The position numbers were made by a program, and so were the translations under genes. The notes beneath the pieces are model-generated. The model was not told where the DNA came from. It worked only from the letters and a program-made list of their open reading frames with translations, and searched no databases. This document shows positions 1-10,202 of a DNA stretch of 45,157 nucleotides, piece after piece; position 1 is the first letter of the stretch; each line of letters begins with the position of its first letter. This stretch comes from an uncultured Candidatus Micrarchaeota archaeon (GTDB lineage Archaea > Micrarchaeota > Micrarchaeia > Norongarragalinales > Norongarragalinaceae): assembly GCA_903893865.1 (NCBI GenBank), contig CAITNU010000060.1, forward strand, positions 1 through 45,157, in the 5' to 3' direction.

Positions 1-1
1 A

Positions 2-1048
2 ACCTATCAAAATCCAACAGGTTCAGGACTGGTTTCGGAATATATGCCTGCTACCGGAGTTCAAGGTAGCGCTACAAAATATTTCATCGGACCCAATTTG
101 TTTAAGAGTGAAGTAACAGATTGGCAAACATTTTCAAAAACTAATCCCCTGCCACTACTGCCAGAGGTTAAAACCGCTAGATTACGTAAAATCGATTTCG
201 CGGACTTGAAGCAAACGCAAGCACCACAATCAATTGCTTCAACGCACGCCACTACCACCGCGTTGTCTTTCGCCGACCAAACCACGGTCGGACAAGGCAC
301 CCAGCCGAAGAAGGGACTCAACTTAGGGCAACTCGCCATGTTCGCTCTACCAGCTGCATTCATGGGAATACCATTGATAAGTTCCGTGATAAAAGCCGCG
401 AAGGGCGGCACGGGATTGTTCAGCACGCCACTCGGGAGCCAGATACTAAACCAAGGACCCGGCGCAATCGCGGGCGCGCTCGTTTTGTTCGCGTTTCGAG
501 TTGAAGGCAAGCCAGTTCGCGCCGAATTCAACAACCTTTTCTCGAGCCACGTGCTCGCGTTCCACTACGAAGGCGGAACGCCCACCACGCGCGCTTACTG
601 TTACTTATCGAGCAAAGAGAAGGACAAGTACGGTGAAAGCAAGAGTTGCTTGAGCCAAATGGACGTGAGCGACGCTTCGACGCTTTGCCCGAAAGAGAAC
701 GACGCGTGCTTGTTCGCCAAGCGCTCGCCGAAAGACGTGCCGAATACGCCGCAGGAAGCGGGAGTACTGGGTTACACGACGGTGCTCGTAGTTAACAACG
801 AAAAATTCAATACGCGCGACGTTTTTGCGAGCGTGTTCCAGCCCGAGATTCCGCCGGTTGACGCGAAGGACGGCAGCAAAACGATTGTGAAGTGGAGCGA
901 CGAAGTCGGCAGCCCGTACGCCGGAGAGTTAGACGCAGATTTTGGAGTCGCGCAAACGCAGTTCACTGGTTTCACTGGCGGCTTGCAAACAACTACGAAT
1001 AACGCGGCAAAGCAAGTGGATACCGGCATCAACAAAGCTGGCAAGTAA
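2..1048 (+). CDS. hypothetical membrane-associated protein, possibly 5'-partial at the window edge
   Basis: ORF track 44..1048. The frame stays open from nt 2 to the ATG at 44 (ACC TAT CAA AAT CCA ACA GGT TCA GGA CTG GTT TCG GAA TAT ATG, no stop), so the true start may lie upstream of the window. Hydrophobic stretches LAMFALPAAFMGIPLISSVI and GAIAGALVLFAF. No family recognised. Confidence 0.5.
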   Translation, partial: TYQNPTGSGLVSEYMPATGVQGSATKYFIGPNLFKSEVTDWQTFSKTNPLPLLPEVKTARLRKIDFADLKQTQAPQSIASTHATTTALSFADQTTVGQGTQPKKGLNLGQLAMFALPAAFMGIPLISSVIKAAKGGTGLFSTPLGSQILNQGPGAIAGALVLFAFRVEGKPVRAEFNNLFSSHVLAFHYEGGTPTTRAYCYLSSKEKDKYGESKSCLSQMDVSDASTLCPKENDACLFAKRSPKDVPNTPQEAGVLGYTTVLVVNNEKFNTRDVFASVFQPEIPPVDAKDGSKTIVKWSDEVGSPYAGELDADFGVAQTQFTGFTGGLQTTTNNAAKQVDTGINKAGK

Positions 1049-1147
1049 AGTAAAACAAAACAAAAAACGAACAAAAACGGAAAAAAGAAATATTTCGCTG
1101 GAAATTTTTGTGGGAAGGATTTTTGGGAGAGGAAAAGGTGGTTTTGC

Positions 1148-1819
1148 TTGAAAAAAACTGGTAGAACGATTCTCGTTATCGTCGTTTTGCTCGCGCTCGC
1201 AATCGCCGCGTACTACGCAGGCGTTTTCAGCGCATTCGGTTTTACTCCAGTCCAGCAAAGCGGCGGTGGAAGCATAGCGGGATTAACGCAGTTAACGAGT
1301 CTGTTCGAGCAACGCGACGCTTTCCTTGACGCGGCCGCGGCGAACGCGCGTGATTACGGCGTTCAGCACGCTGCCGACTTCGTTTTCTTCAAGCATCCGA
1401 CGCTTGGTTACGTCGTGAATTACCCCGTTGGTTACGCTGCTGAAACCGATCCTGACGATGCGACGAGTTTCCGCGCGTCCGCGATTTCTCCGATTTCTTC
1501 TTCAGGCGAAACGTTCGACGTTCGAATTTCCAGCAACGATTTCACGCAAACGGATTTCGATGACGTGAAAGCGGGTTTTGGAAGCGAACTCGTTTCATCG
1601 CACGCCGGCGTCTTGAACGGCAAACACATTTTCGTTTACACGCTGAAGACTCCATCGGATTTTGCGAACGAGACGGCTTTCGTGAGGACGGCTTTTTACC
1701 CTGAATGCCAGCAGCCGGACGGAACGCGTTACACGGCGATGCTTTTGGCGGCAGTTCCTGAAAAGCTTTCGACGGACCTCGACTTAGCGGATTACTTTAT
1801 TTACTCGTTCAAGTGCTGA
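1148..1819 (+). CDS. hypothetical protein with N-terminal membrane anchor or signal
   Basis: TTG start at 1148 preceded by AGGTGG about 8 nt upstream. N-terminus MKKTGRTILVIVVLLALAIAAYYAGVF is a basic n-region plus hydrophobic helix. The rest is soluble-looking with no recognised family. Confidence 0.6.
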   Translation: MKKTGRTILVIVVLLALAIAAYYAGVFSAFGFTPVQQSGGGSIAGLTQLTSLFEQRDAFLDAAAANARDYGVQHAADFVFFKHPTLGYVVNYPVGYAAETDPDDATSFRASAISPISSSGETFDVRISSNDFTQTDFDDVKAGFGSELVSSHAGVLNGKHIFVYTLKTPSDFANETAFVRTAFYPECQQPDGTRYTAMLLAAVPEKLSTDLDLADYFIYSFKC

Positions 1820-1900
1820 AGCGCGCTGAAAAAGTGCTGAAATGCGCTGCAAAGTCGAGAAAAAAGTTTGGAAGCGCGATAATGGTTCGAACGTGATTTC

Positions 1901-4900
1901 ATGCGAAAAACCTTTTTCTTGCTCATTGCTTTTGCGGCATTGTTTCCAACGTTTTTCGTGAACGCAGAGTTGTCGCCGGGGCAAGTCACGGCTTGCGGCG
2001 TCATTGGTTCGGCGGGCTACTATTACTTGAACGGAAACATCACGGTGGACAGTGACCCATGCATTCTTATTGATACTAACGACGTGGTTTTCAACGGGCA
2101 GGGTAACGCTTTGGTGGGCGATGGTTCGAAAACGGCGATACGCATTTTCACGGATGATTCAACCAGTAACGTCACTATCAAGAACACGGTTATTGACAAC
2201 GTGGATACAGCGCTTACTATTGCCGGCGGCAGTCCTTTCAATTATTTGACTCTTTTAAACAACGTGGTTGCGAACACGGCTAACGGTTATGCTTGGAGCG
2301 TAAGCAGCGGCGCCAATAATTTGACTATCGAGAACAACAACGTTTCAGTTTCAAAGGGAGGCGGCGGCGTTGTTTACATCACGGGTTACGCCGGTAACGT
2401 AACTATCAAGAACAATGTTTTCGACGGGCAAGGCAATAGTGGCGGATCAGCTCAATCAATCTTGTATTTAGATGGCGTGAACAACGCCTTGATTTCAGGC
2501 AATTCCTTCATCAACTGCCAGGCTAACGATTGCCAACACGCCATTTACTTGGCTAACGGCGGGGAAAACGTTTCTTTCATCAACAACAACGTTTCTTATT
2601 TCAAATCATACGGGATTCTTATTGACGACGCGGGTAGCCATAACGTATCGTTCGTCAACAACACTTTCGACGACGGCGGTAATCAAAGCAACGGCATTAC
2701 TTCCTACGGTTCGCTTCACACTATTTACAAAAACACTTTCACGATGACCGGCGGCGGAACAACCGCTATTTACATTGAAACGAGCGGTGATCCGGATAAC
2801 GTTTCAGACAACGTTTTCAACGTGAATACTACCAGAGTCGTTGGTTTGAATGGCGGCGGGGGCGTTGGCGAGGTTTTCAGCAACAACGTGATTAACCATA
2901 CGGGCACGGGCGAGTACGCTTTTACTGAAAACGCTAATAACTTGACTGCGAGAAACAACACTGTTTTCACTATTAGTGGTTCCGGAGCGTTCGATATCAG
3001 CGGCTCGAACGTAACCGTTGCAAACAACTCGATTAACTGCAGTGGTTCAAGTGCTAACGCGATTCTGCTTGACGGCGCTGGCGGATTGAACAACGTTAGC
3101 TACAACGTAGTCAACAGTAGTGGTGATAGCGGAATAGGCGTTTATCTTCAGAACGGCGGCAACAATACGGTTGCGTTCAACAACATTACGTCTTCCGGAA
3201 ACGAAATTCAAAGTTACAGTTCAAACAACTTGTTTTTTAACGACACGCTCGGCTCGGCGTATCCGACAACAATCAGTTTCACGTACGCCTCCAGCAACAT
3301 TAGCCTGAAAGACGATTGCAATCCCGCCAGTTATCAAGGCAACATCAGTTGCGTTAAAGTAATTGTACCTGGAGCGGGAGTTGGAGAGTGGATTAGCTTA
3401 AACATTTCTTATTCAAGCATAGCTCAAACCAATTTGGTGATGAAAGAGATAGCTCCAAATGGCACGTCTACTAGAACTGGCGGCGTTAATACGGCGCAGA
3501 AATACGTTTATTCTGGTTCCGTGACGCCAACTCAAGTGGGCACTTTTGTGTTCGTTCCAGTCATCGACTCTGCGCCGCCGCAGTATTCGAATTTGCTTGT
3601 AACTCCGGCCAACAATTCAGCCTATTCGCCAAGCCAAACTACGGTATTTAACGCAACGTGGACTGACGACGTTGCTTTGGACACGGTAATCTTGGATTTT
3701 AACGGGACTAATCACACGGTTTCAACGCACAGCGGAAGCGAGTATTACTACAACGCGAGCGTGCTCGCCGCAGGCTATTACAACTACGTTTGGTACGCGA
3801 ACGACACTGCGACTAACTGGAACTCGACGTCCACGCGCACTTTCGTCGTTGCGCAAGCGAGCGCAAGCGCCTCGTTGTTATTGAACGGTTCCGCGAACAA
3901 TTATTCCGCAGAGTATCCGCAAAGCGTAAACGCGACCGCTTCGTGCGGTTACGGAACGCCGACGCTTTACCGCAACAGTTCAAGCGTTTCGAATCCGGAC
4001 ATCGTCACGCTCGCGGCAGCGTATTACAATTACACTGCGGTTTGCTCCGGCAACGCGAACTATTCCGCGAGTTCGGTAACTCGTTTCTTCACTCAAAACC
4101 AGAATTCGACTTGGGCGTTAACGCACTTGCTGAATTCGAGTGCTACAAGCTTGAGCGCGACTTTTCCAGTTACCGTCAACGACTCGTGTTGGACGAACGC
4201 GGGTTTCACAGTAACGACGCAAGAGAATGGAACTCAAACCGGAAGCGGAACGAGCGTGGCTTACTATGTGAACCCGCCTGCTGGAACGCGCAATTTCACT
4301 TGCTTTACTGCTGGAAACGCGAACTACTCTGCAAAAACCAGCACGTTTTATGCTGAAATCGCTAAAGCCGCAACGAATGCGAACCTGTTGCTCAACGGTT
4401 CGGACGGCGACGCAACAATCACTTTCGGCCAAACAAGCAATGCTTCTTGCTACGCAAGCGGGGTCACTCCGAGTTTAACGCGCAACGCGAGCGTCGTTTC
4501 GAATCCTAATGTTTTGAATCTCGGTTTCGGTACTTACGCTTACAATTGCAGTGCGGCTGGCAACGAGAATTATTCCGCGAGTTACGAAACGCATTCTCTC
4601 GACGTCGGCAAGGTGAGTTCGCTTGCTTTCAACAATCTTTACTTGAACGGCAGCGCTGCGAGCTTGTCGTTCGCTTTTGGAAATACGAGCAACGCTACCG
4701 CGTGGACAACGCTCGCCGAAGGCAGCGTAACGCTTTACCGGAACGGCTCGAACGTTTCGAACCCGGAAATCGCTGGGCTCGCGGTTGGAACTTGGAATTA
4801 CACGAGCGCTTTTTCCGGCGCAACTAATTACAGCAACTCGAACCAAATGCTTTTCGTAGAAGTCGCAGCGACGCCCACTCCGACTCCGAGCCCGTCTGCA

Positions 4901-5413
4901 AATACCTACGGCGGCGGAAGCACGCCGACTCCAACGCCTAGCCCGTCGCCTACTGTCACGCCGAGTCCGCGTCCTTCGCCGACAGCCACGCCTTCGCTTC
5001 ATCCGACGGTTTCACCGCGGCCGTCTCCGTCGCCTTCGCTTGCGCCCAGCGCTGGCGCAACAGCGACGCCGACGCCTGAAGCGAGCGTTGTTCCAGCGAG
5101 GCGGCAGGACGTGAGTCAAGCGATTTCTGTTGTGCAGGATTTGATTAAAATCGCGAATCCGCAAAACGCTGACGTTCGGGAGGCGAAGCGTTTGCTCGCG
5201 CTCGCGCAGGAGGCACTTAGCCGCGGGGATTACGCTTCGGCTGCGGAGTACATGACGCAGTCGCAGGCGTTGTTGAAGAAAGCTGGTATGACAACGGGCA
5301 AACCGGGTTTTGCGGCGGGATTCGACTGGTTTACTGCGCTCGTGGTCGTTTGCGTAATCGTTTTGGCTGCCGCGGTTTACTGGTTTTACTCGCGCAAGCT
5401 TAAAGCGCGGTAA
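1901..5413 (+). CDS. large surface glycoprotein: signal peptide, right-handed parallel beta-helix (PbH1/NosD-like) region, four Ig-like repeats, Pro/Thr/Ser linker, C-terminal PGF-like motif plus TM anchor
   Basis: ATG at 1901. Signal-like [18 protein letters not shown]. Residues ~45-450 show ~22-aa periodic turns (e.g. [55 protein letters not shown]) typical of parallel beta-helix repeats. Four ~90-aa repeats carry LLLNGS...LYRN.S.VSNP...NYSAS. PTS-rich linker at about nt 4866-5090. Tail is [37 protein letters not shown]. Very dense N-x-S/T sequons. Confidence 0.9.
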   Translation: MRKTFFLLIAFAALFPTFFVNAELSPGQVTACGVIGSAGYYYLNGNITVDSDPCILIDTNDVVFNGQGNALVGDGSKTAIRIFTDDSTSNVTIKNTVIDNVDTALTIAGGSPFNYLTLLNNVVANTANGYAWSVSSGANNLTIENNNVSVSKGGGGVVYITGYAGNVTIKNNVFDGQGNSGGSAQSILYLDGVNNALISGNSFINCQANDCQHAIYLANGGENVSFINNNVSYFKSYGILIDDAGSHNVSFVNNTFDDGGNQSNGITSYGSLHTIYKNTFTMTGGGTTAIYIETSGDPDNVSDNVFNVNTTRVVGLNGGGGVGEVFSNNVINHTGTGEYAFTENANNLTARNNTVFTISGSGAFDISGSNVTVANNSINCSGSSANAILLDGAGGLNNVSYNVVNSSGDSGIGVYLQNGGNNTVAFNNITSSGNEIQSYSSNNLFFNDTLGSAYPTTISFTYASSNISLKDDCNPASYQGNISCVKVIVPGAGVGEWISLNISYSSIAQTNLVMKEIAPNGTSTRTGGVNTAQKYVYSGSVTPTQVGTFVFVPVIDSAPPQYSNLLVTPANNSAYSPSQTTVFNATWTDDVALDTVILDFNGTNHTVSTHSGSEYYYNASVLAAGYYNYVWYANDTATNWNSTSTRTFVVAQASASASLLLNGSANNYSAEYPQSVNATASCGYGTPTLYRNSSSVSNPDIVTLAAAYYNYTAVCSGNANYSASSVTRFFTQNQNSTWALTHLLNSSATSLSATFPVTVNDSCWTNAGFTVTTQENGTQTGSGTSVAYYVNPPAGTRNFTCFTAGNANYSAKTSTFYAEIAKAATNANLLLNGSDGDATITFGQTSNASCYASGVTPSLTRNASVVSNPNVLNLGFGTYAYNCSAAGNENYSASYETHSLDVGKVSSLAFNNLYLNGSAASLSFAFGNTSNATAWTTLAEGSVTLYRNGSNVSNPEIAGLAVGTWNYTSAFSGATNYSNSNQMLFVEVAATPTPTPSPSANTYGGGSTPTPTPSPSPTVTPSPRPSPTATPSLHPTVSPRPSPSPSLAPSAGATATPTPEASVVPARRQDVSQAISVVQDLIKIANPQNADVREAKRLLALAQEALSRGDYASAAEYMTQSQALLKKAGMTTGKPGFAAGFDWFTALVVVCVIVLAAAVYWFYSRKLKAR

Positions 5414-5441
5414 TTAAGATTTAAGGCGAGTAACGGTTCCC

Positions 5442-6446
5442 ATGCAAGCAATTCACGCGATTGAAACGCCCGTCATCGAAACCCAGGGCTTGACGAAAAA
5501 ATTCGACAAATTCGTGGCAGTCAACAAACTGAATTTGAGCATCAATGAAGGCGAAATATTTGGGTTACTCGGGCCCAACGGCGCGGGCAAAACTACGACG
5601 CTCTCGATGCTCGCCACGCTGTTGCCGCCGAGCGGCGGTTCCGCGCGCGTAAATGGCTTCGACGTTTCGCGCGAAGCTTCGCGGGTGCGCAAAAGCATTG
5701 GGTTCGTGTTTCAAGACCCGAGTTCGGACGACCTCCTCACTGGGCGCGAAAACCTTTACTTGCACTCGTTGATGTACGGCGTGGACATGCGCGCGGCGCA
5801 GAAAAAAATCGATGCGGCGCTAGAACTCGTCGATTTGACGGAACGCCAAAACGAGCGCGTCAAGAAATACTCGGGCGGAATGCGGCGCAGGCTCGAGCTA
5901 GCGCGCGGCTTGCTGCACGAACCCAGGATTCTTTTTCTGGACGAGCCGACGCTCGGCCTCGACCCGCAGACGCGCGAGCACTTGTGGAAGTACATTAAAC
6001 GCCTTTCAACTGAAAAGAAGGTCACGATAATCATTACCACGCATTACATGGAGGAAGCGGACGCGTTGTGCGACCGCGTAGCAATAATCGACCGAGGAAA
6101 AGTCGTGGCGCTCGATTCGCCCGCGAACTTGAAGAAAGGCTTGGGCGGTGACGTGGTTTATCTTTCGTTCAGAAAACCCAATAAGCCGAACCTGGCTGCG
6201 GTGAAAAAGCTGAGGTGCGTGCGCAACGTAAAGCGGGAAGGCGACCGCGTGACGCTTTCTTGCGATTACGCGGCTTCGCAGCTGCAGAACATTCTGAAGG
6301 CAATAGGCAAAGTCGAGAGCGTGGAATCGCGTTCGCCAACGCTGAACGACGTTTTCCTTCATTTTACGGGAAAAGAAATCCGCGACGACGACGGCGACGC
6401 GGAAGGCGGTTATCACGAGAGAATGATGCACAGCGGAAACCGGTGA
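5442..6446 (+). CDS. ABC transporter ATP-binding protein (ABC-2/DrrA-like subfamily with C-terminal extension)
   Basis: Walker A GPNGAGKTT, Q-loop FVFQDP, ABC signature YSGGMRRRLELA, Walker B ILFLDEPTLGLD, H-loop TTHYMEEA. Lies 28 nt downstream of the beta-helix gene. Confidence 0.95.
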   Translation: MQAIHAIETPVIETQGLTKKFDKFVAVNKLNLSINEGEIFGLLGPNGAGKTTTLSMLATLLPPSGGSARVNGFDVSREASRVRKSIGFVFQDPSSDDLLTGRENLYLHSLMYGVDMRAAQKKIDAALELVDLTERQNERVKKYSGGMRRRLELARGLLHEPRILFLDEPTLGLDPQTREHLWKYIKRLSTEKKVTIIITTHYMEEADALCDRVAIIDRGKVVALDSPANLKKGLGGDVVYLSFRKPNKPNLAAVKKLRCVRNVKREGDRVTLSCDYAASQLQNILKAIGKVESVESRSPTLNDVFLHFTGKEIRDDDGDAEGGYHERMMHSGNR

Positions 6447-6477
6447 CGAGGATAAAAAGAAAAGATGAATTTTACGA

Positions 6478-7281
6478 GTGATTTTTGTGAGTGAGTTAAG
6501 CGGGCTTTACGCGTTGTGGCTGCGCGAGGTAATCGTTTTTTCGCGCGAGCGCTCGCGCGTAGTCGCCGCTCTAGTTCAGCCGCTGACGTGGCTAGTGATT
6601 TTCGGGACGGGCTTGGGTTCCGCCGTGGTATTGACTGGAATTGAAACTGGCGTAGGAAGCGCAGTCGGCGGTAACGCGGGCATTACTTATCAAATGTTCA
6701 TTTTTCCAGGAATAATGTGCATGACCGTGCTATACGGGTGCCTGTTCTTCGGCTTGTACATCATCATGGACAAGCGAGTCGACTTCCTCAAGGAAGTGCT
6801 AGTCGCACCGCTCAACCGTACAACTATTTTCTTCGGGAAAGTGCTCGGCGGGGCAACCGATTCTATAATCGAAGTAGTGATTTTGCTCGCGCTCGGCGCC
6901 GCATTCTTCGGCATTCATTTGACGCCCGCGACGCTCGCATTGACGCTCCTCCTAATTTTCATCCTCATGATTGCAGTTGTCAGCCTCGGCTTGACCATTG
7001 GCTCGCTCATGGACAGTCCGGAAGGATTTGGACTAATCGGCAGCTTCGTGATTTTCCCGTTGTTCTTCTTGAGCGGAGCACTGTTTCCCGTTAACAATCT
7101 GCCGTCGTGGCTTTACGCTTTCGTGCGCGTCAACCCGGTTTCTTACACGGTGGACGGCTTGCGGACGCTAATTCTCGGAATCGGGAGTTTCGGCCTAGCA
7201 GTGGATTTCGGCGTGACCGCCGCGTTCGCGCTCGTGATGGTCGTAATCGGCACGCAGGCGTTCGCCAGAATGAAGCTTTGA
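6478..7281 (+). CDS. ABC-2 type transporter permease
   Basis: GTG start at 6478 (alternative GTG at 6487), 31 nt after the ATPase gene. About six hydrophobic segments across 267 aa. Size and layout are typical of ABC-2 permeases partnered with DrrA/NosF-like ATPases. Confidence 0.88.
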   Translation: MIFVSELSGLYALWLREVIVFSRERSRVVAALVQPLTWLVIFGTGLGSAVVLTGIETGVGSAVGGNAGITYQMFIFPGIMCMTVLYGCLFFGLYIIMDKRVDFLKEVLVAPLNRTTIFFGKVLGGATDSIIEVVILLALGAAFFGIHLTPATLALTLLLIFILMIAVVSLGLTIGSLMDSPEGFGLIGSFVIFPLFFLSGALFPVNNLPSWLYAFVRVNPVSYTVDGLRTLILGIGSFGLAVDFGVTAAFALVMVVIGTQAFARMKL

Positions 7282-7317
7282 AGCTTGAAGCATTAACCGA
7301 GCAATCAAGGTGATATC

Positions 7318-7707
7318 ATGGGATTCGTCTACGCGAGCATTCGGGCAAAAGACTTGAAGAAGACGCTGGCGTTTTACACGAAACTGTTGGGCATGAAAAT
7401 CACGGGCACGAGGAGTTACTGGCCCGGCGAGAAAATCGTGAGCCTCATCAGCTCCGACACGGGCGTGCGTTTGAACGTCATGTACTACGCCAAGCACTGC
7501 AAGCTTTACACTCCGTACAAGAAAGACGGCGTCGAGCTCGACCACTTGATGTTCGAAGTAAAGGACTTCAGGAAGGCGTTCGACAAGCTGGTGGAGAGCG
7601 GTGCGCCGATCGCAATGGGACCGTTCGAAGGGAAAACGCGTTCGTTGGGTTTCGTGAAGGACCCTAACGGCATTTGGGTGGGCGTCGCGAGCTTTAACAA
7701 AAAATAG
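7318..7707 (+). CDS. VOC-family protein (glyoxalase I / bleomycin-resistance / dioxygenase fold)
   Basis: ATG at 7318 with AGGTGAT just upstream. 129 aa. N-terminal pattern ...ASIRAKDLKKTLAFYTKLLGMK... and C-terminal ...GFVKDPNGIWVGV... match the paired beta-alpha-beta-beta-beta modules of glyoxalase-like proteins. Confidence 0.8.
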   Translation: MGFVYASIRAKDLKKTLAFYTKLLGMKITGTRSYWPGEKIVSLISSDTGVRLNVMYYAKHCKLYTPYKKDGVELDHLMFEVKDFRKAFDKLVESGAPIAMGPFEGKTRSLGFVKDPNGIWVGVASFNKK

Positions 7708-7797
7708 TTCACGATTTTACCAATGCGGCTGCCGCAGGCAGAAACTCGGTTTCCATGCGCTGAATCCTGAATCCTGATTCGCGTTTCCGCGTCCGTT

Positions 7798-8373
7798 TCA
7801 TCGTTTCCAGCTTTTGAGTTTGTCAAAAAACCGTTTAAAAAACCCGTCTGGTTTCTGGCCTATGGGTGTTTCCCACGCCTTGCGCTTAGAAGAAAGAGCG
7901 GGCTTCATTTTTTTCAGGAACGCTTTAGTTATGGTGACGGTGCGCACTTCGCCATCGCGGTTTATCGTTCCTCCGCCCGGTTCCAAAAGCCGTTTTCGCA
8001 GAGAGTTGGCGGGATAGCCGTCAATAGCGAATGCGAAAGTGAATTTACCGTTCTGCCGTGCGACGTGTTTACGGATCAATTCTTCAGCAGGCGTATGACC
8101 ATGTCTCTCAACGAAATCCTTGTCGAGCTTGCCCGCCCAATTGAATACGTGCTTGCCCTCGGTGGAGATAGCTGCAATTGGCTGTGTTTTGCCGTTTTTT
8201 TCCTTAAGTAGAACCGTTAGTTTTTCTCCAGCGCTTACTAAGTAACCCGGGTCGAGTGATTTGTCCTCGTCCGGGTAAACGTGTTCAGCTGAAAGTATGC
8301 GCACGACTTCCGTCTTCTGCTCGGGATCAAGCGCTTGGTAATTGGTTATGCGGTACTTCGGGTAATTCGGCAT
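7798..8373 (-). CDS. hypothetical protein (191 aa, Lys-rich C-terminus)
   Basis: ATG at 8373 with a TATA-like TTTAATATATTT about 20-30 nt upstream, so probably leaderless. No family recognised. Confidence 0.6.
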   Translation of the reverse strand: MPNYPKYRITNYQALDPEQKTEVVRILSAEHVYPDEDKSLDPGYLVSAGEKLTVLLKEKNGKTQPIAAISTEGKHVFNWAGKLDKDFVERHGHTPAEELIRKHVARQNGKFTFAFAIDGYPANSLRKRLLEPGGGTINRDGEVRTVTITKAFLKKMKPALSSKRKAWETPIGQKPDGFFKRFFDKLKSWKR

Positions 8374-8388
8374 ATCAAAAATAGATCG

Positions 8389-8409
8389 CGCAAATATATT
8401 AAATTTGCG
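8389..8409 (-). promoter_or_regulatory. imperfect 21-nt palindrome (CGCAAAT-ATATTAA-ATTTGCG) embedding the TATA-like box of the 7798..8373 gene
   Basis: 7-nt arms CGCAAAT/ATTTGCG are exact reverse complements and flank an A/T core 16-36 nt upstream of the ATG. Possible operator overlapping the TATA box. Confidence 0.3.
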
Positions 8410-8455
8410 AAAAGCAGCGCAGGGGTAGATACGCCGCGTTTTTCGAGGAAAAACG

Positions 8456-9682
8456 CTAGTGAATATTGCTGGCGTCCTCGGGTGCGGCAGTCCACAAATT
8501 CCAATCGCTGTCCGGCAGCGGCTGCAGGTTGTTCATGTCGAACTTGTTGCGGTTGGCGTCGTAATTGTCGTAAAATCCGTTCGCCACGTCGTAAACTGTT
8601 CCCGTGTCGGGATCGTAAACGCGTTCGCGGTCTAGAATCGCGTCGCTGCGCTTCTCGGAAATAATATCGTCGGACTGGCTTCGCTGATCCCACTCATCCA
8701 TTATTATGTCAGACGTTTCGGAAAGCGTTTTGCCGGCGTTCAACACGGCTTCAGTCGTTTTTTGTTGCTGGCGCATGCACTCGGCGACGTACGATTCCGA
8801 AAAATTGAAGCTGTTGACGCTTTCCGTCAGCGTCTTCTCCAAATTTTTGAACTCCTTCTTTTCCGCGGAGATTCCGACGAAAGTGAATCCGTAACCGATT
8901 CCGCCGGAAGCGTAGCCGGTTAAAGGAATAACTTCGTTCACCGTGAGGAAGAACTGTCCTTCGCCCAGTCCTTCGCTTGCGCCGCTTCCGGCTTTGAACA
9001 ACGCGCGCATCAACTTAGTGTCCCCCGTAACCGGCGATTTCGCGGTTTCCGAAGAAATGATTTCGGCGTCGCGCAATTCAGGCAAAGCAGTCATGAATTT
9101 CTTGAAGGGCGCGAGTTCCATCATCAGCGGCACGCTCTTCAAGAAATTTTCCGGGGTAAGCGGCTTCACGACAGGCATTTCGTACCACGCAATCTGGTGA
9201 CCGCCCATGTCCATGTACCGCTTGTCGATTGTTTTCTGGCTTTCGTCAAGATAAACCGGCCCGAGTTCGCTGAAGTAAAAAATCTGCCGTTGTGGCTTCG
9301 CTTCGTCGCGAATAACGAAAGAAAAAGTTTCGCAAGAACCGCCGACCGCGACGCTCCAACCAACAGATTTTTTGATTTTAAAGACGCCTCCGTCGTAATC
9401 CTCAAGCTTCAAAACTTCGGGGTTGGGCGTGGCTGAAGCGTTTGGCAAAGGCGTTGAAGACGACGTTAACGCCGGGCTCGGCGAAGGAGCGGGAGTTGGT
9501 TCAATCGTAATCCCGAGATTCGGCGGGTGAATAGTTTGTTGAGTCGTCGGGCTGGGCGAAGGCGTCGCCGTAGCGATGTTATTCGGCTGAGTGCAGCCGA
9601 CGATCAATAAAGCAAAGGCAAACAACGCGAACAAAGCGAACAAAACAAAATTGGATTTGCCGGTTTCGGCGTCAGTTTTCAT
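8456..9682 (-). CDS. secreted lipobox-type protein with Pro/Thr/Ser linker, function unknown
   Basis: ATG at 9682. N-terminus MKTDAETGKSNFVLFALFALFAFALLIVGCTQPNN (hydrophobic core then lipobox-like IVGC). Linker TPSPSPTTQQ...PTPAPSPSP. Starts 6 nt after the stop of the upstream gene. Confidence 0.8.
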   Translation of the reverse strand: MKTDAETGKSNFVLFALFALFAFALLIVGCTQPNNIATATPSPSPTTQQTIHPPNLGITIEPTPAPSPSPALTSSSTPLPNASATPNPEVLKLEDYDGGVFKIKKSVGWSVAVGGSCETFSFVIRDEAKPQRQIFYFSELGPVYLDESQKTIDKRYMDMGGHQIAWYEMPVVKPLTPENFLKSVPLMMELAPFKKFMTALPELRDAEIISSETAKSPVTGDTKLMRALFKAGSGASEGLGEGQFFLTVNEVIPLTGYASGGIGYGFTFVGISAEKKEFKNLEKTLTESVNSFNFSESYVAECMRQQQKTTEAVLNAGKTLSETSDIIMDEWDQRSQSDDIISEKRSDAILDRERVYDPDTGTVYDVANGFYDNYDANRNKFDMNNLQPLPDSDWNLWTAAPEDASNIH

Positions 9683-9688
9683 GCTTCA

Positions 9689-10120
9689 TCAGTTCTCCAC
9701 AGACAATTGCGTCTGCACTTCGTCCTCCCACTCGTACTCCATCGGCGCTGGTTCAGTTCGCGCCCCTACAGTCAAGTCGTAAACCCCGTTTTTCACTTTA
9801 GTCGTGTCGAGCGCCACCGCCGCGCCGATAGTCGCGTTCACGGTTTTAATGAGCACGTTCGGCTGTTTCGACGCGTCCAATCCCTCGTCCAAACCTGCCG
9901 GAGACAGCATTACCCGCAATACCGCCACGTGGTTGGGAAGCGAGTTTACCAGTATTTGCAGTGTTCCCTTTGCCGAGTGGCCGGAAACCGGGGTTATGAC
10001 GACTTTCAGGTTTTGCGAGCCGTTCAAAAAAATTTGGGTTTCGGGTTGAGCGCAGCCGCTGAATGCGATTGTTACCGCAAAAAGCAAAACGAGGAATACG
10101 GTTGAGGGTTTTGCGAGCAT
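9689..10120 (-). CDS. small secreted lipobox-type protein, function unknown
   Basis: The ORF track extends to 10240. The internal ATG at 10120 gives MLAKPSTVFLVLLFAVTIAFSGCAQPE (signal plus lipobox), sits about 23 nt downstream of TTTAAATA, and removes the overlap with the 10203.. gene. Confidence 0.7.
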   Translation of the reverse strand: MLAKPSTVFLVLLFAVTIAFSGCAQPETQIFLNGSQNLKVVITPVSGHSAKGTLQILVNSLPNHVAVLRVMLSPAGLDEGLDASKQPNVLIKTVNATIGAAVALDTTKVKNGVYDLTVGARTEPAPMEYEWEDEVQTQLSVEN

Positions 10121-10202
10121 GCAGCAATTAACTGGTTTCTTATTTAAAAACGAGGCAGCAGAATAGTCGCGGCGAGTTTTGCGGGCGTTTGACTGGGTTT
10201 CT

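Noticed and set aside
1049-1147. A-rich GAAAAACG-like tracts in several spacers (also ~24245-24290, ~40940-41010, ~41951-41971) as a dispersed repeat family
   Set aside because: Where they follow minus-strand genes they are simply oligo-T terminators read from the plus strand. The remaining instances are too degenerate to define a repeat consensus by eye.
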